Shown piece by piece: positions 10,194 through 19,623 of a DNA stretch of 64,000 bases; within the stretch, counting starts at the first letter, position 1, and every line of letters starts with the position of its first letter. This DNA is from Candidatus Shapirobacteria bacterium. Lineage in GTDB: Bacteria > Patescibacteriota > Microgenomatia > UBA12405. The notes beneath the pieces were generated by a model. The model had not been told where the DNA came from. It did no database searches and worked only from the letters and a program-made list of their open reading frames with translations. Both the position numbers and the translations under genes were made by a program. The stretch spans positions 430,819 through 494,818 of the forward strand of contig JBAZYN010000001.1 in the NCBI GenBank assembly GCA_041659325.1, read 5' to 3'.

Positions 10194-11576
10194 ATGATAT
10201 TCATTCTTTCTCTTTTATTATTGCTTCTCAGCTACAATCAGTCTATTTTAGCATCCGAAAACATTTTTGGGGTGCATTTAACCCAACCACAGGACATTTA
10301 TACCGCAAAAGATATGATCAATAGTTCTGAGGGGGATTGGGGATGGGCCACAATTGTCATCAGAACCGATCAATTAAACCACCAAACTTGGCAGGACTTC
10401 TTTGACAATTGCCGTAAGTTCCACATTCAGCCCATTATCCGGCTAGCAACCGTGATGGAAAAAGAATGTTGGAAGCGGCCGGATTACACCGATATCGACA
10501 ATCTCGCCATATTTCTAAATTCTCTTAACTGGCCGGTCCGGGAACAGCCCGTAATCCTTTTTAACGAAATTAATCATGCCAAGGAGTGGGGTGGGGAAGT
10601 CGACATAAAAAATTACACCGACCTTGCCATTTACGCTTCCAAAAAATTCAAAGAACTTAACCCGAATTTCACTATTCTTACCAACGGTCTTGATCTGGCT
10701 GCCCCCGAAAACCCGCCTCTTAACAAATCGGCTAGCAATGTTTATCGGGAAATTTTTTTATACCGGCCGGAGTTTTTTGATTCAATCGACGCCATTGCCT
10801 CTCACTCCTACCCCAACCACGGCTATATTGGTACACCCAAAGACTCCGGGCAACACAGCATCAGAGGTTATCTGTGGGAGCAGGAATTTATCAAAAATCT
10901 CGGAATCAAAAAAATTTACCCAATATTTATCACCGAAACCGGCTGGCCCCACCGTCAGGGAGTCAAACCCGACAATGGTTTCTTTACCGCCGAAACCGCC
11001 ACCAGCTTTCTAAACCAGGCCTTCTCGATTTGGCAATCAGACCCCAACATCAAGGCCGTTACCCCCTTTATCTATAATTATCCGCATGAACCCTTCGATC
11101 ATTTTTCCTGGCTGAGCTTAGATGAAAAGCTGATGCCCGAATACCAAAAATTACTGGACACGCCAAAAAATCAAAATCAGCCGGAACAAATAACAAAATT
11201 CCATACCCAGGGCATAAAATTACCCTTTATCATTTTTACCGATACCGAATATACCGGAGAGATAGTATTAAAAAATATCGGCCAGTCAATTTGGGGAGAA
11301 AAAGGCAGTTTTTGCCTCAATCCCCAAACAACTCCAAATGTCCAACTAGACGCCATCTGCATCGGCAACGGCTTCATCTACCCAAATCAATCACTTCCCC
11401 TAAGTTTTAAATTCAAGATATTATCCGACAAAGAATTTAAAGGAAAAACTTATATTAGTTGGGAAAACACCGACACCTATCAGATTACCCCTTTTTATAG
11501 CAATGCCACTATCTACCGAAGTGAGCTCAGATTCAAAGACAAGATTATTAATTTTGTCGAAAAACTGATAAAATAG
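10194..11576 (+). CDS. Secreted glycoside hydrolase, clan GH-A (GH5-like TIM barrel)
   Basis: A signal peptide. A candidate acid/base NEINH and nucleophile ITETGW arranged as in clan GH-A. Confidence 0.5.
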   Translation: MIFILSLLLLLLSYNQSILASENIFGVHLTQPQDIYTAKDMINSSEGDWGWATIVIRTDQLNHQTWQDFFDNCRKFHIQPIIRLATVMEKECWKRPDYTDIDNLAIFLNSLNWPVREQPVILFNEINHAKEWGGEVDIKNYTDLAIYASKKFKELNPNFTILTNGLDLAAPENPPLNKSASNVYREIFLYRPEFFDSIDAIASHSYPNHGYIGTPKDSGQHSIRGYLWEQEFIKNLGIKKIYPIFITETGWPHRQGVKPDNGFFTAETATSFLNQAFSIWQSDPNIKAVTPFIYNYPHEPFDHFSWLSLDEKLMPEYQKLLDTPKNQNQPEQITKFHTQGIKLPFIIFTDTEYTGEIVLKNIGQSIWGEKGSFCLNPQTTPNVQLDAICIGNGFIYPNQSLPLSFKFKILSDKEFKGKTYISWENTDTYQITPFYSNATIYRSELRFKDKIINFVEKLIK

Positions 11577-11614
11577 ACCGTATTATTTGACAATTTATAA
11601 GTACTCCGGTGCAG

Positions 11615-11686
11615 GCGCCCATAGCTCAATGGATAGAGTACTAGTCTTCGGAACTAGTGATGTGGGTCCGATTCCCACTGGGCGTA
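11615..11686 (+). tRNA. tRNA-Arg (anticodon TCG)
   Basis: Cloverleaf with a G1-U72 wobble, anticodon loop CTTCGGA, T-loop GGTCCGATTCC. Confidence 0.75.
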
Positions 11687-11694
11687 CTTTACTT

Positions 11695-11768
11695 GTCCTC
11701 GTAGCTCAGTTGGATAGAGCGCTTCCCTTCTAAGGAAGAGGTCACAGGTTCGATCCCTGTCGGGGATA
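11695..11768 (+). tRNA. tRNA-Arg (anticodon TCT)
   Basis: Acceptor GTCCTCG/CGGGGAT, anticodon loop CTTCTAA, T-loop GGTTCGATCC. Confidence 0.8.
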
Positions 11769-11778
11769 CCCATATTTC

Positions 11779-11835
11779 GGGTTGCTAGCTCAGGCCGGTA
11801 GATCCGCCCTCCCGGCGGACTCTTGAGCGATCATA
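11779..11835 (+). pseudogene. Partial tRNA-Lys-like fragment (5' half duplicate, non-functional)
   Basis: Its first 15 nt are identical to tRNA-Lys (GGGTTGCTAGCTCAG). It then diverges, with no T-arm, and ends CTCTTGAGCGATC, resembling the tRNA-Lys anticodon arm. Confidence 0.5.
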
Positions 11836-11852
11836 AAATACTTTAAAAATAT

Positions 11853-11928
11853 GGGTTGCTAGCTCAGTTGGTAGAGCGATCGCCTCTTAAGCGATTGGTC
11901 GTGGGTTCGAGTCCCACGCAACCCACCA
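11853..11928 (+). tRNA. tRNA-Lys (anticodon CTT), CCA encoded
   Basis: Acceptor GGGTTGC/GCAACCC, anticodon loop CTCTTAA, T-loop GGTTCGAGTCC, 3' CCA. Confidence 0.85.
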
Positions 11929-11938
11929 CCAACAATCC

Positions 11939-12013
11939 GCCGCTGTGGTGAAATTGGTATACACGTACGCTTTAGGAGCGTATATCGCAAGATGTGGAGG
12001 TTCGAGTCCTCTC
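11939..12013 (+). tRNA. tRNA-Leu (anticodon TAG), CCA encoded
   Basis: Acceptor GCCGCTG/CAGCGGC, anticodon loop TTTAGGA, variable arm, 3' CCA. Confidence 0.8.
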
Positions 12014-12193
12014 AGCGGCACCAAGGACATTTAAATCCCTTCGGTTTTTTTAAGCTCGACTAAAATATAACTACATATCAAAAAACAAGTAAGACTTATC
12101 ACAAATAAGACTGAAAGATATGATAATTTATATAAAAATGTGATAGAATAGGGCTATTAATGATACTTTTTTTATAAAGCAAGGAAATATAAT

Positions 12194-12373
12194 ATGGAAA
12201 CTATTATTCTAAAGGATAATCCTATTACTACAGATAGTACACTAATCAGGGATAAAACTTATCACCCGCCTGGGTCTATTATTAGTGTTGATCCAACTAC
12301 TGGTCTAAGAAGAGAGGTCGCCTCACCCGCACAAGATACAGAAAATAGAAGAGCGTTTTTTAGAAAAAAATAG
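12194..12373 (+). CDS. Candidate small protein (59 aa), hypothetical
   Basis: An ORF in an AT-rich spacer preceded by AAGGAAA 7 nt upstream of the ATG. It is below the 60-aa cutoff of the ORF track. Confidence 0.25.
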   Translation: METIILKDNPITTDSTLIRDKTYHPPGSIISVDPTTGLRREVASPAQDTENRRAFFRKK

Positions 12374-12525
12374 TCCGATCTTTAAACAGGCTTTAACGAA
12401 ACCTCTCAAACTGCCCCGCCAATAAAGATGGTCTGATATAAACCTGATCTCTTTAGAAAACGTTGTTGAAACGTTTAAATCCTAATTTATTACGTTTCAC
12501 CGCCAAATATTTGCTAAACTGAATC

Positions 12526-13305
12526 ATGTTGTTGTATCTTTTGTTAATTTTCTTCTTTTTCTCTCCCCCAAAATCTTACTCCCAGGAAGCCACTCCCGCC
12601 GCCGGTCTTTTTGACACCTACAAAACCGACTACCTCTATCAGCGAAAAATCTATCAGGAAAACTATCTCGACTATTCCAAAAAAAAGGAAATCCACACCC
12701 AATACGGCACCCTGATTACTCAAGCCGACAAAAACGAAGCTACCACCAAAACTCTCATCGCCAGAAACACCATGCTCAAGGCCTATCTTATGGCCATTAG
12801 AGTAAATATGGACCAATATGAAGACCAAGATCCCATCGAAACCGAAATAATCCAAATAGAATTAGCAAAGCTCGAAGAGTGGCTAGACGAACAAAATTCG
12901 ATAGTATCCTCTATCAACAATGAAAGCGATATCTCCGATTGGGCCGAAACGTTTAGATTCAAGTACATCACGATTCAACAACAAATTTATTCCTCTCTGG
13001 TCCAAAATGAAGTCAACCAGAAAACATTGGTTCTGAGAAAAATCCAAAAACTAGCCTCCGACATCCAAAATTCCCCCCAAGTCAGTCCCGAAAGTCAACA
13101 GTGGTTTTCTAGCCTACCGATAAAATCAGATTTGGTTGTCGCCAGTCTAGACAATGCCGTTAATAAAATGAAAAAAAAGCAGTACTCGGGCAATACTTTC
13201 AACAATTTTTACCCCGAAGCAAAAGCCGACCTCAATAAAGCCAATTTCTATCTATTAGAAATTATCGGTGACCTAAAATCAATTGTTTTAAAATTTACCA
13301 ACTAA
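12526..13305 (+). CDS. Hypothetical secreted protein
   Basis: Signal peptide (LLYLLLIFFFFSPPKSYSQE). A helical, Q/E/K-rich protein. Confidence 0.5.
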   Translation: MLLYLLLIFFFFSPPKSYSQEATPAAGLFDTYKTDYLYQRKIYQENYLDYSKKKEIHTQYGTLITQADKNEATTKTLIARNTMLKAYLMAIRVNMDQYEDQDPIETEIIQIELAKLEEWLDEQNSIVSSINNESDISDWAETFRFKYITIQQQIYSSLVQNEVNQKTLVLRKIQKLASDIQNSPQVSPESQQWFSSLPIKSDLVVASLDNAVNKMKKKQYSGNTFNNFYPEAKADLNKANFYLLEIIGDLKSIVLKFTN

Positions 13306-13306
13306 T

Positions 13307-13681
13307 ATGGCAGACGATCTCACCCAAAATATCGACACCCCACAGGACAATCCGGCCACCCCGGAAACGACCACTTCAAAAACAATTTTACCCAAAGATC
13401 CAAAAATCAAGCTTCTGGTCATTTTGGTCTCAGTCATAGCCATTCTTCTATTCATCGCCCTTATCGTTTCGGCCACAAAAAACGATCGGCCGACCCCCAA
13501 AAAGACCAAAGCTACCCCCACCCCCACAGAGTCTAATTTACCCCCTATTTCTCCCACCACCACCCTCGGTCAGTTTCCGGTAGAATTTCAGGCCCAGTTT
13601 GACGATATAGAAAAAGAAATGAACAGTCTGGAAAACTTACCTCCGCCCCAAATTGATACAAAAGTCGGCATCGAAGAATAA
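13307..13681 (+). CDS. Hypothetical membrane-anchored Pro/Thr-rich protein
   Basis: A central TM helix flanked by PT-rich low-complexity sequence. Its start is 1 nt after the upstream stop. Confidence 0.45.
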   Translation: MADDLTQNIDTPQDNPATPETTTSKTILPKDPKIKLLVILVSVIAILLFIALIVSATKNDRPTPKKTKATPTPTESNLPPISPTTTLGQFPVEFQAQFDDIEKEMNSLENLPPPQIDTKVGIEE

Positions 13682-13727
13682 TTTATTCCAAGACAGCGAA
13701 AACTCCGATCGTAAGATCGTGGATTTT

Positions 13728-14291
13728 TTACTTCCTCGAAAGATACCCACCCGTTTCAGTGCTAATAGAAATCTCATCCCCAACTTTTACAAAAAGCGGG
13801 ACCTGAACTTTCGCCCCCGTATCTACCATCGCCGACTTCATCGCCGAAGTGGCCGTATCGCCCTTAACGGAATTTTCCGTTTCCACCACTTTACAAACAA
13901 TACTTTTGGGCAAAGTTACCCCCACCGGGTTTTCTTCATAAAATTTAATCCTGAAAAGCAAACCTTCCTTCAAATAAACCTTATCATCTCCCATAATCTC
14001 CACCGGCACCATATATTGCTCAAAACTCCGCGGCTCAATAAAAACATAATTTGCTCCGTCAAAATACGAATATTCAGCCTCATGAGTTTCCACCATCACT
14101 TCCTCAACCTTTTCCCCCGATTTATAAGTAAATTCAACCACCCTTCCCGTATACAAGGACTTTAATTTCGTTTTATAAAACGCCGATCCCTTTCCGGGAG
14201 AAACAAAGGAAATATCCACCACCATGTGTGGCTCATCATGAAACATTATGTAAATTCCTTTTTTGAATTGTGCTGTCGAGATTGTCCCCAT
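13728..14291 (-). CDS. efp: Elongation factor P
   Basis: Full-length alignment to EF-P, including the N-terminal STAQFKKG...VSPGKG region containing the conserved modified Lys. Confidence 0.9.
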   Translation of the reverse strand: MGTISTAQFKKGIYIMFHDEPHMVVDISFVSPGKGSAFYKTKLKSLYTGRVVEFTYKSGEKVEEVMVETHEAEYSYFDGANYVFIEPRSFEQYMVPVEIMGDDKVYLKEGLLFRIKFYEENPVGVTLPKSIVCKVVETENSVKGDTATSAMKSAMVDTGAKVQVPLFVKVGDEISISTETGGYLSRK

Positions 14292-14473
14292 GTCTGGTAT
14301 TTTACCTCCAAATTTTGGATTTTGCTAAAGCTGCTTCCCAAGTTTAAACCAAAAAAAATCCCAGAGCATGCTTTTTAGAGGAGCCACCCCGGGATCTGAT
14401 GTGTAATATATCATAATATTATAAATACGTCAATTATACTAATCAGATACACACCCTCGCCGACTATGTCACA

Positions 14474-15094
14474 TTAGTATTCACCCGTTTCCATTTGGCG
14501 GATAAATTGATTTACCCCCCGTGCCCAAGAACCATCAGAGTAAGGGCAATACTTTTTCATAATTAACTCCGCCGTATTCAAGCCCTTTTCAAAATACACC
14601 CTGTTTAGATATTCTGCGTAACTTCTTAGGGCCAAATCATAACTTTCAAACCGCAAAGTTCCTTTAGAATGTATCCCATAACCCCAACAGTTAAATGAAC
14701 CCTCCGGGATTTTTTTGCACAAATTTGACTCCTGTTGGGCAATCGCCGGTATCCAATAATACTCAAAACCATAGGTATCGGACAGCTCACATATCAGCTC
14801 AGCGTAGTCAGCCAGCGGAGATTTATATTTTTCCAGATACCGCCTCACAATCAAGGGCCTGGCATCCGCCACCTCAAACTCCCCATTTCTGACAACATTT
14901 GTGTCTTCTTCATTCGACGCCGAGACAGCCAACCCCTCGTTACTACCCATGTCGTAAACAACGCTATAAGTTGATTTATGGCCGGGTTGATACTTTACAA
15001 AAGTCACTGTTTCCCACAGCAAAAATAATACCGATATTACACCAAACACCGACAAAAAGACCAGTCTTCCCACCACCAATATTGTTCTCTGCAT
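14474..15094 (-). CDS. Lytic transglycosylase (SLT-domain) protein, membrane-anchored
   Basis: An N-terminal TM helix. The SLT catalytic motif AIAQQESN and a downstream aromatic-rich region. Confidence 0.55.
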   Translation of the reverse strand: MQRTILVVGRLVFLSVFGVISVLFLLWETVTFVKYQPGHKSTYSVVYDMGSNEGLAVSASNEEDTNVVRNGEFEVADARPLIVRRYLEKYKSPLADYAELICELSDTYGFEYYWIPAIAQQESNLCKKIPEGSFNCWGYGIHSKGTLRFESYDLALRSYAEYLNRVYFEKGLNTAELIMKKYCPYSDGSWARGVNQFIRQMETGEY

Positions 15095-15123
15095 TCGTAT
15101 TTCATGATATCATACCCCTACTT

Positions 15124-15966
15124 ATGAAAACAAACGTCAACGATATCGAGAAACAAAAAAACAAGACCTTTATCCTGAAAATCGTTCTCACCACAGAGGA
15201 GATAAATAGGGAATATACCTCCTCCCTAAAATCCGTCCAGTCAGGGTTTGAAACCAAAGGTTTTAGAAAAGGAAAAGCCCCTCTTGACCTGGTAGAGCAG
15301 CAAATTTCAAAACCAAAAATTCTCGAAGAAGTTGCCTCTCACCTTATCTCTCAGGCCTACGATCAAAAAATCAAAGAAAACAATCTCAAACCCATTATCC
15401 AACCTCAGATAAAAATTACAAATCCGCCCATCACCCTCGAAAAAGATTGGGAGATCGAAATCATTGGTTGCGAGTTGCCGGAAATTGAAATTGATCCAAA
15501 ATATCAGCCTCAAGTCATCAAAATTAATTCTGCACCAGAAAAAAAAGAGCCCAAGGCCGAAAATGATCATGACCACAAACACGACAAATTGGACGAAATT
15601 TTAAACACGCTAATAAAACACTGCCGCGTCGATCTGCCCCCGATATTAATCAACTCTGATATCGAAAACCGCATGTCTCAGTTAGTCGATCAAACCTCCC
15701 AGGCAGGCATTACCGTTACCCAATATCTCAAAACCAGAAATCAGACTCTTGAACAATATAGGGCCGTCTTAACCCAGCAAATAGTAAACGAGTGGACCGT
15801 AAATCTTGCCATCGACAAAATCTCAAAAGATCAAAAAATGGAAGTCACCAAAGAAGAGACTGAGGCCCTTCTCAAACAAAACCCCAAAATGGCCAATAAC
15901 CCAAATCTGGTTTACTACCTTATCACTCAGCAAAAGGTTTTTGACTACCTTCAACACCTCAGATAA
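15124..15966 (+). CDS. tig: Trigger factor (N-terminal ribosome-binding and C-terminal chaperone domains; no PPIase domain)
   Basis: The GFRKGKAPL signature loop of the ribosome-binding domain. Only 280 aa. The ORF track starts at 14899, but the conserved N-terminus begins at MKTNVN (ATG 15124). Confidence 0.75.
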   Translation: MKTNVNDIEKQKNKTFILKIVLTTEEINREYTSSLKSVQSGFETKGFRKGKAPLDLVEQQISKPKILEEVASHLISQAYDQKIKENNLKPIIQPQIKITNPPITLEKDWEIEIIGCELPEIEIDPKYQPQVIKINSAPEKKEPKAENDHDHKHDKLDEILNTLIKHCRVDLPPILINSDIENRMSQLVDQTSQAGITVTQYLKTRNQTLEQYRAVLTQQIVNEWTVNLAIDKISKDQKMEVTKEETEALLKQNPKMANNPNLVYYLITQQKVFDYLQHLR

Positions 15967-16019
15967 CTAGCTATACCAAAATATATCTTTTCAAGCTAAT
16001 TAGTGTTATAATACTTGCC

Positions 16020-16595
16020 ATGGCAGGTGGGTATTTACTTAAACCAAGTACCAACAAAACCGGTAACTACAAAGTTAACGGTTTTTCAAATGAAATAATT
16101 AAAGGGGACCGTGATGAAGCACCAAAGAAAAAAACTGGTCTAATGGGTATTTTAGGTCTCGGTCAAAGTGTAGAAATCAGCAAACCGAAGCTAAGCTGGG
16201 GAAACGAGTTTTTGGGCGGAGTAAGTCACCTTCAACAGGAAGAAAACCTTTTGCTCAAAAATCAACAAACCGAGCTCAAAAAAACCATCGAGTCCCTCCA
16301 ACAAGAAATCAAAAAGCTCATCAAGGCCACCGATAGCCTAAATACCGATGTCGAAAAAATCGCCCTCGAGCCGATTGTAGAGGTCAGTGAGTATCAGCTT
16401 CACTTCCTTGACCGGGTAAAAATATTTATCGCCAACCTTCGAAAAAATCTATCTCAGGCCTCAACCTGGCTCGAATCATTCCAATCCAAGAAACGCAAAA
16501 AAAATGCCTTCTGGAGTAAGGTAAAAAATAAAAAGGAAGGGGGAGAGCAATATCTTTTTAGCGGTGAGCACTCCGCCGCCCGCTCCACCTCTTAA
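16020..16595 (+). CDS. Hypothetical protein
   Basis: A 191-aa ORF with a coiled-coil-like middle and a basic C-terminus. Confidence 0.4.
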   Translation: MAGGYLLKPSTNKTGNYKVNGFSNEIIKGDRDEAPKKKTGLMGILGLGQSVEISKPKLSWGNEFLGGVSHLQQEENLLLKNQQTELKKTIESLQQEIKKLIKATDSLNTDVEKIALEPIVEVSEYQLHFLDRVKIFIANLRKNLSQASTWLESFQSKKRKKNAFWSKVKNKKEGGEQYLFSGEHSAARSTS

Positions 16596-16795
16596 TTTTT
16601 ACTATTTCACCAACAAATCCTTTTTTAAAACACCCGGTCATTGCTCCCACTCACGCATTACGCCTGTCCGCCTTTGGCGTAAGGGGATTATTCCCGTGGC
16701 AATCTTTCCCACCCCGTCATTGCACCTGCCCGCCTCTGGAGGGGAGGGATTAAGGGTAGATTTCGACAAAAATTATAGATATACTAGGCCATCTC

Positions 16796-16869
16796 GAGTC
16801 TATAGCTCAGTTGGTTAGAGCGCTTCGTTGACATCGAAGAGGTCAGAGGTCCGAGTCCTCTTAGACTCA
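16796..16869 (+). tRNA. tRNA-Val (anticodon GAC)
   Basis: Acceptor GAGTCTA/TAGACTC, anticodon loop TTGACAT, T-loop GGTCCGAGTCC. Confidence 0.85.
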
Positions 16870-16876
16870 CAAACCC

Positions 16877-16940
16877 CCTCAAGCCAAAGAGGTCAGAGGG
16901 GAGTTTATCCTGAGCGAAGTCGAAGGAAGTCCTCTTAGAC
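16877..16940 (+). pseudogene. Duplicated 3' fragment of tRNA-Val split by a 30-nt insertion
   Basis: AGAGGTCAGAGG ... TCCTCTTAGACTCACC repeats the tRNA T-arm and acceptor 3' strand, with GGAGTTTATCCTGAGCGAAGTCGAAGGAAG inserted. Confidence 0.45.
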
Positions 16941-17063
16941 TCACCATGCTATACATAAATCAATACTCAACTACATCGCCCGATCGGGCACAAGATTCTC
17001 GCCTCTGAATCGGGCCTCCTGTCTGTTTTGTTTTTTCCTATTATTTCTTATAAAATACATCAT

Positions 17064-18809
17064 ATGTCAGAACTTAAAGACCTCCGCCATTCCGCGGAAC
17101 ACATTTTAACCCAAACCATGCTCCGGCTTTATCCGGACAAATTTATTATGGCCATGGGTCCCGCCACCGACGACGGTTTTTACTTCGATTTCGAGACAGT
17201 AGGGGATTTCAAAATCAATGAATCCGATTTTCCGGTCATCGAGACCGAAATGAAAAAAATCGTCAAAGAAAACCTTCCCATTATCAAAAAAGAAATTACT
17301 CTCGCCGAGGCCAAAAAACTTTTTTCCGATAATCCCTACAAACTCGAATGGCTAGATAGCATTACTAATCGTGATGAAGCTATCACCATTTATTCCACCG
17401 GTGATGATTTTATTGATCTCTGCGCCGGTCCCCATGTCCGCTATACAAGCCAGGTCAAAGCCTTCAAATTGCTTTCGATAGCCGGCGCCTATTGGCACGG
17501 AGACGAAAAAAACAAAATGCTTACCCGTATTTATGGTACCGCCTTCGAGAACAAAGAAGCTTTAGAAAAGTATCTTCTTAACATCGAAGAAGCCAAAAAA
17601 CGGGACCATCGTAAATTAGGGCCACAACTGGGCTTGTTCTTCTTGGCTGAAACTGCTCCGGGTATGCCCTATTGGCTTCCAAAAGGTACCGTCATTATTA
17701 ATGAATTGCTAAAATTTTGGCGTGAAGAACACCAAAAACGTGGTTATTTTGAAACGATTACTCCTCAACTAAACAAAAAACAACTCTACGAAACTTCTGG
17801 CCATTGGGAGCATTATCGTGAAAACATGTTTATTTGCGACATGGGCGAAGAAGGTACTTACTGCCTCAAACCCATGAATTGCCCCAATGCCATGACCATT
17901 TTTCAACAGACAAAACATAGCTATCGGGAATTACCTCTCCGCCTGTCCGACTGCGATGCTCTTCATCGCCATGAAAAATCCGGGCAACTAAGCGGCCTTC
18001 TGCGCGTTCAAAAATTTGCCCAGGATGATGCTCATATCTTTGTCACCGAGGCACAAATCAAGGATGAATACAAAAGAATTCTGGAAATTGCCCATCTTTT
18101 TTATTCTGTCTTTGACATAAAATTCAAAATTCGACTGGGTACCCGCCCCGATGATTTTATGGGCGACATTGAAACCTGGGACAAGGCCGAAAAAGAGCTT
18201 GAACAAATTCTCATCGACAACAAATTTGACTATTTCATTGGCAAAGGTGAAGGTGCTTTTTATGGTCCCAAACTGGACATCCTCATGGACGACTGTTTAG
18301 ATCGGCAGTGGCAAACCGGGACCATCCAACTTGATTTTCAGTTGCCCCGAAAATTTGATCTCAAATATACCGATTCCGACGGCACCGAAAAAACTCCGGT
18401 TGTCATCCATCGGGTAATCTACGGTTCTTTAGAAAGATTTATGGGTATCTTAATCGAGCAGTTTGCCGGTGCCTTCCCAGTCTGGCTCTCACCAATTCAG
18501 GCCAAAATAATCCCCATCACCGATAATCAACTTGAGTATGCTCAAAAAATCCAAAATATTTTACTTGAAAGCAATCTTCGGGTAGAAATAGACGACCGGG
18601 CCGAAACCATGCAAAACAAAATCCGCTCAGCCGCCATGGAAAAAATCCCATATCTGATCATAGTAGGAGACAGGGAAGCCAAGTCTTCCGACAATCAAAT
18701 CTCGGTCCGCCAACGGGACGGTCAGGATCTGGGTTCCATGCCTCTGGAAAATTTCCTAAAGCAAATTATCGGGCAAATTAGCACAAAGAGCTTAAACCTG
18801 ATAAAATAG
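17064..18809 (+). CDS. thrS: Threonine--tRNA ligase (N-terminally truncated form lacking TGS/N1)
   Basis: The editing-domain HxxxH motif (RHSAEHIL), class II motifs 1-3 and the C-terminal anticodon-binding domain. I chose the start at MSELKDL; the ORF could begin at 17028. Confidence 0.85.
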   Translation: MSELKDLRHSAEHILTQTMLRLYPDKFIMAMGPATDDGFYFDFETVGDFKINESDFPVIETEMKKIVKENLPIIKKEITLAEAKKLFSDNPYKLEWLDSITNRDEAITIYSTGDDFIDLCAGPHVRYTSQVKAFKLLSIAGAYWHGDEKNKMLTRIYGTAFENKEALEKYLLNIEEAKKRDHRKLGPQLGLFFLAETAPGMPYWLPKGTVIINELLKFWREEHQKRGYFETITPQLNKKQLYETSGHWEHYRENMFICDMGEEGTYCLKPMNCPNAMTIFQQTKHSYRELPLRLSDCDALHRHEKSGQLSGLLRVQKFAQDDAHIFVTEAQIKDEYKRILEIAHLFYSVFDIKFKIRLGTRPDDFMGDIETWDKAEKELEQILIDNKFDYFIGKGEGAFYGPKLDILMDDCLDRQWQTGTIQLDFQLPRKFDLKYTDSDGTEKTPVVIHRVIYGSLERFMGILIEQFAGAFPVWLSPIQAKIIPITDNQLEYAQKIQNILLESNLRVEIDDRAETMQNKIRSAAMEKIPYLIIVGDREAKSSDNQISVRQRDGQDLGSMPLENFLKQIIGQISTKSLNLIK

Positions 18810-18814
18810 GCACA

Positions 18815-19387
18815 ATGGCATATCAAAGATCCGACCAAAATTTGCGCTATTACAACACCAACAATCGTATCAGCGCCGCAACTGTCCGGCTTTTGGACGA
18901 AGATGGTAAGCAAATAGGTATTGTTCCTCTTGCTGAAGCTCGTCAAAAGAGCTTCGAAACCGGGCTTGACCTGGTAGAAATTGCCGCCCGCGCCGTCCCG
19001 CCGGTGGTCAAGCTCATCAGTTTTACCAAATTCAGGTATCAGGAGGCCAAAAAGCTAAAATCCGAAAAGAAAGGCATAAAAGGCGGCGGGCTAAAAGAAA
19101 TCCAAATGACACCCTTCATCAGTCAAAACGATTATGAAACCAGAATTAAAAAATCACAAAAATTTTTAACTACTGGAAATAAAGTCAAATTAAGTATAAA
19201 ATTCCAAGGTCGCCAAATTGCCCGAAAAGAATTTGGCTATAACTTGGTTGAAAAATTCAAAAACGACCTCAAGGAATACTCTGTTCCCGAAGGTGAACCA
19301 AAATTAATCGGCAAAAGATTAATGTTTACTCTGTCGCCTTCCACCAAAAAGAAAGCGGCTACAAAAAATGAAGAAAGTCAAAAATAA
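18815..19387 (+). CDS. infC: Translation initiation factor IF-3
   Basis: IF-3 N- and C-domain conservation (INEQIRA-like NNRISAATVRLLDEDGKQIG, KEIQMTP...). Confidence 0.85.
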   Translation: MAYQRSDQNLRYYNTNNRISAATVRLLDEDGKQIGIVPLAEARQKSFETGLDLVEIAARAVPPVVKLISFTKFRYQEAKKLKSEKKGIKGGGLKEIQMTPFISQNDYETRIKKSQKFLTTGNKVKLSIKFQGRQIARKEFGYNLVEKFKNDLKEYSVPEGEPKLIGKRLMFTLSPSTKKKAATKNEESQK

Positions 19388-19577
19388 GCTAAAAACCAGA
19401 AAATCTGTCAGAAACAGGTTTGAAGTCACCAAAAATGGTGTTGTTCTACGTATGTCTTCATTTAACCGGCATCTTCGCCGCAAAAAAAGCAAAAAACAGC
19501 TCCGCCGGCTCAAAGGTAAGCAACCCGTCCTCGGCCGATTCGCCATAAAGGTTAAAAAGCTCCTGGGAAGAGCATAA
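19368..19577 (+). CDS. rpmI: 50S ribosomal protein L35
   Basis: A 69-aa highly basic protein, MKKVKNKLKTRKS..., in the conserved position after infC. Confidence 0.8.
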   Translation: MKKVKNKLKTRKSVRNRFEVTKNGVVLRMSSFNRHLRRKKSKKQLRRLKGKQPVLGRFAIKVKKLLGRA

Positions 19578-19623
19578 CATTATAGTTTTCTCCCTTGTCA
19601 AAGGGAGAATTAAAGAGGGATTT

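Noticed and set aside
14899-15123. A 5' extension of the trigger factor ORF (ORF track start 14899)
   Set aside because: It would overlap the SLT gene on the other strand by about 200 nt, and the conserved Tig N-terminus begins at the internal ATG 15124.
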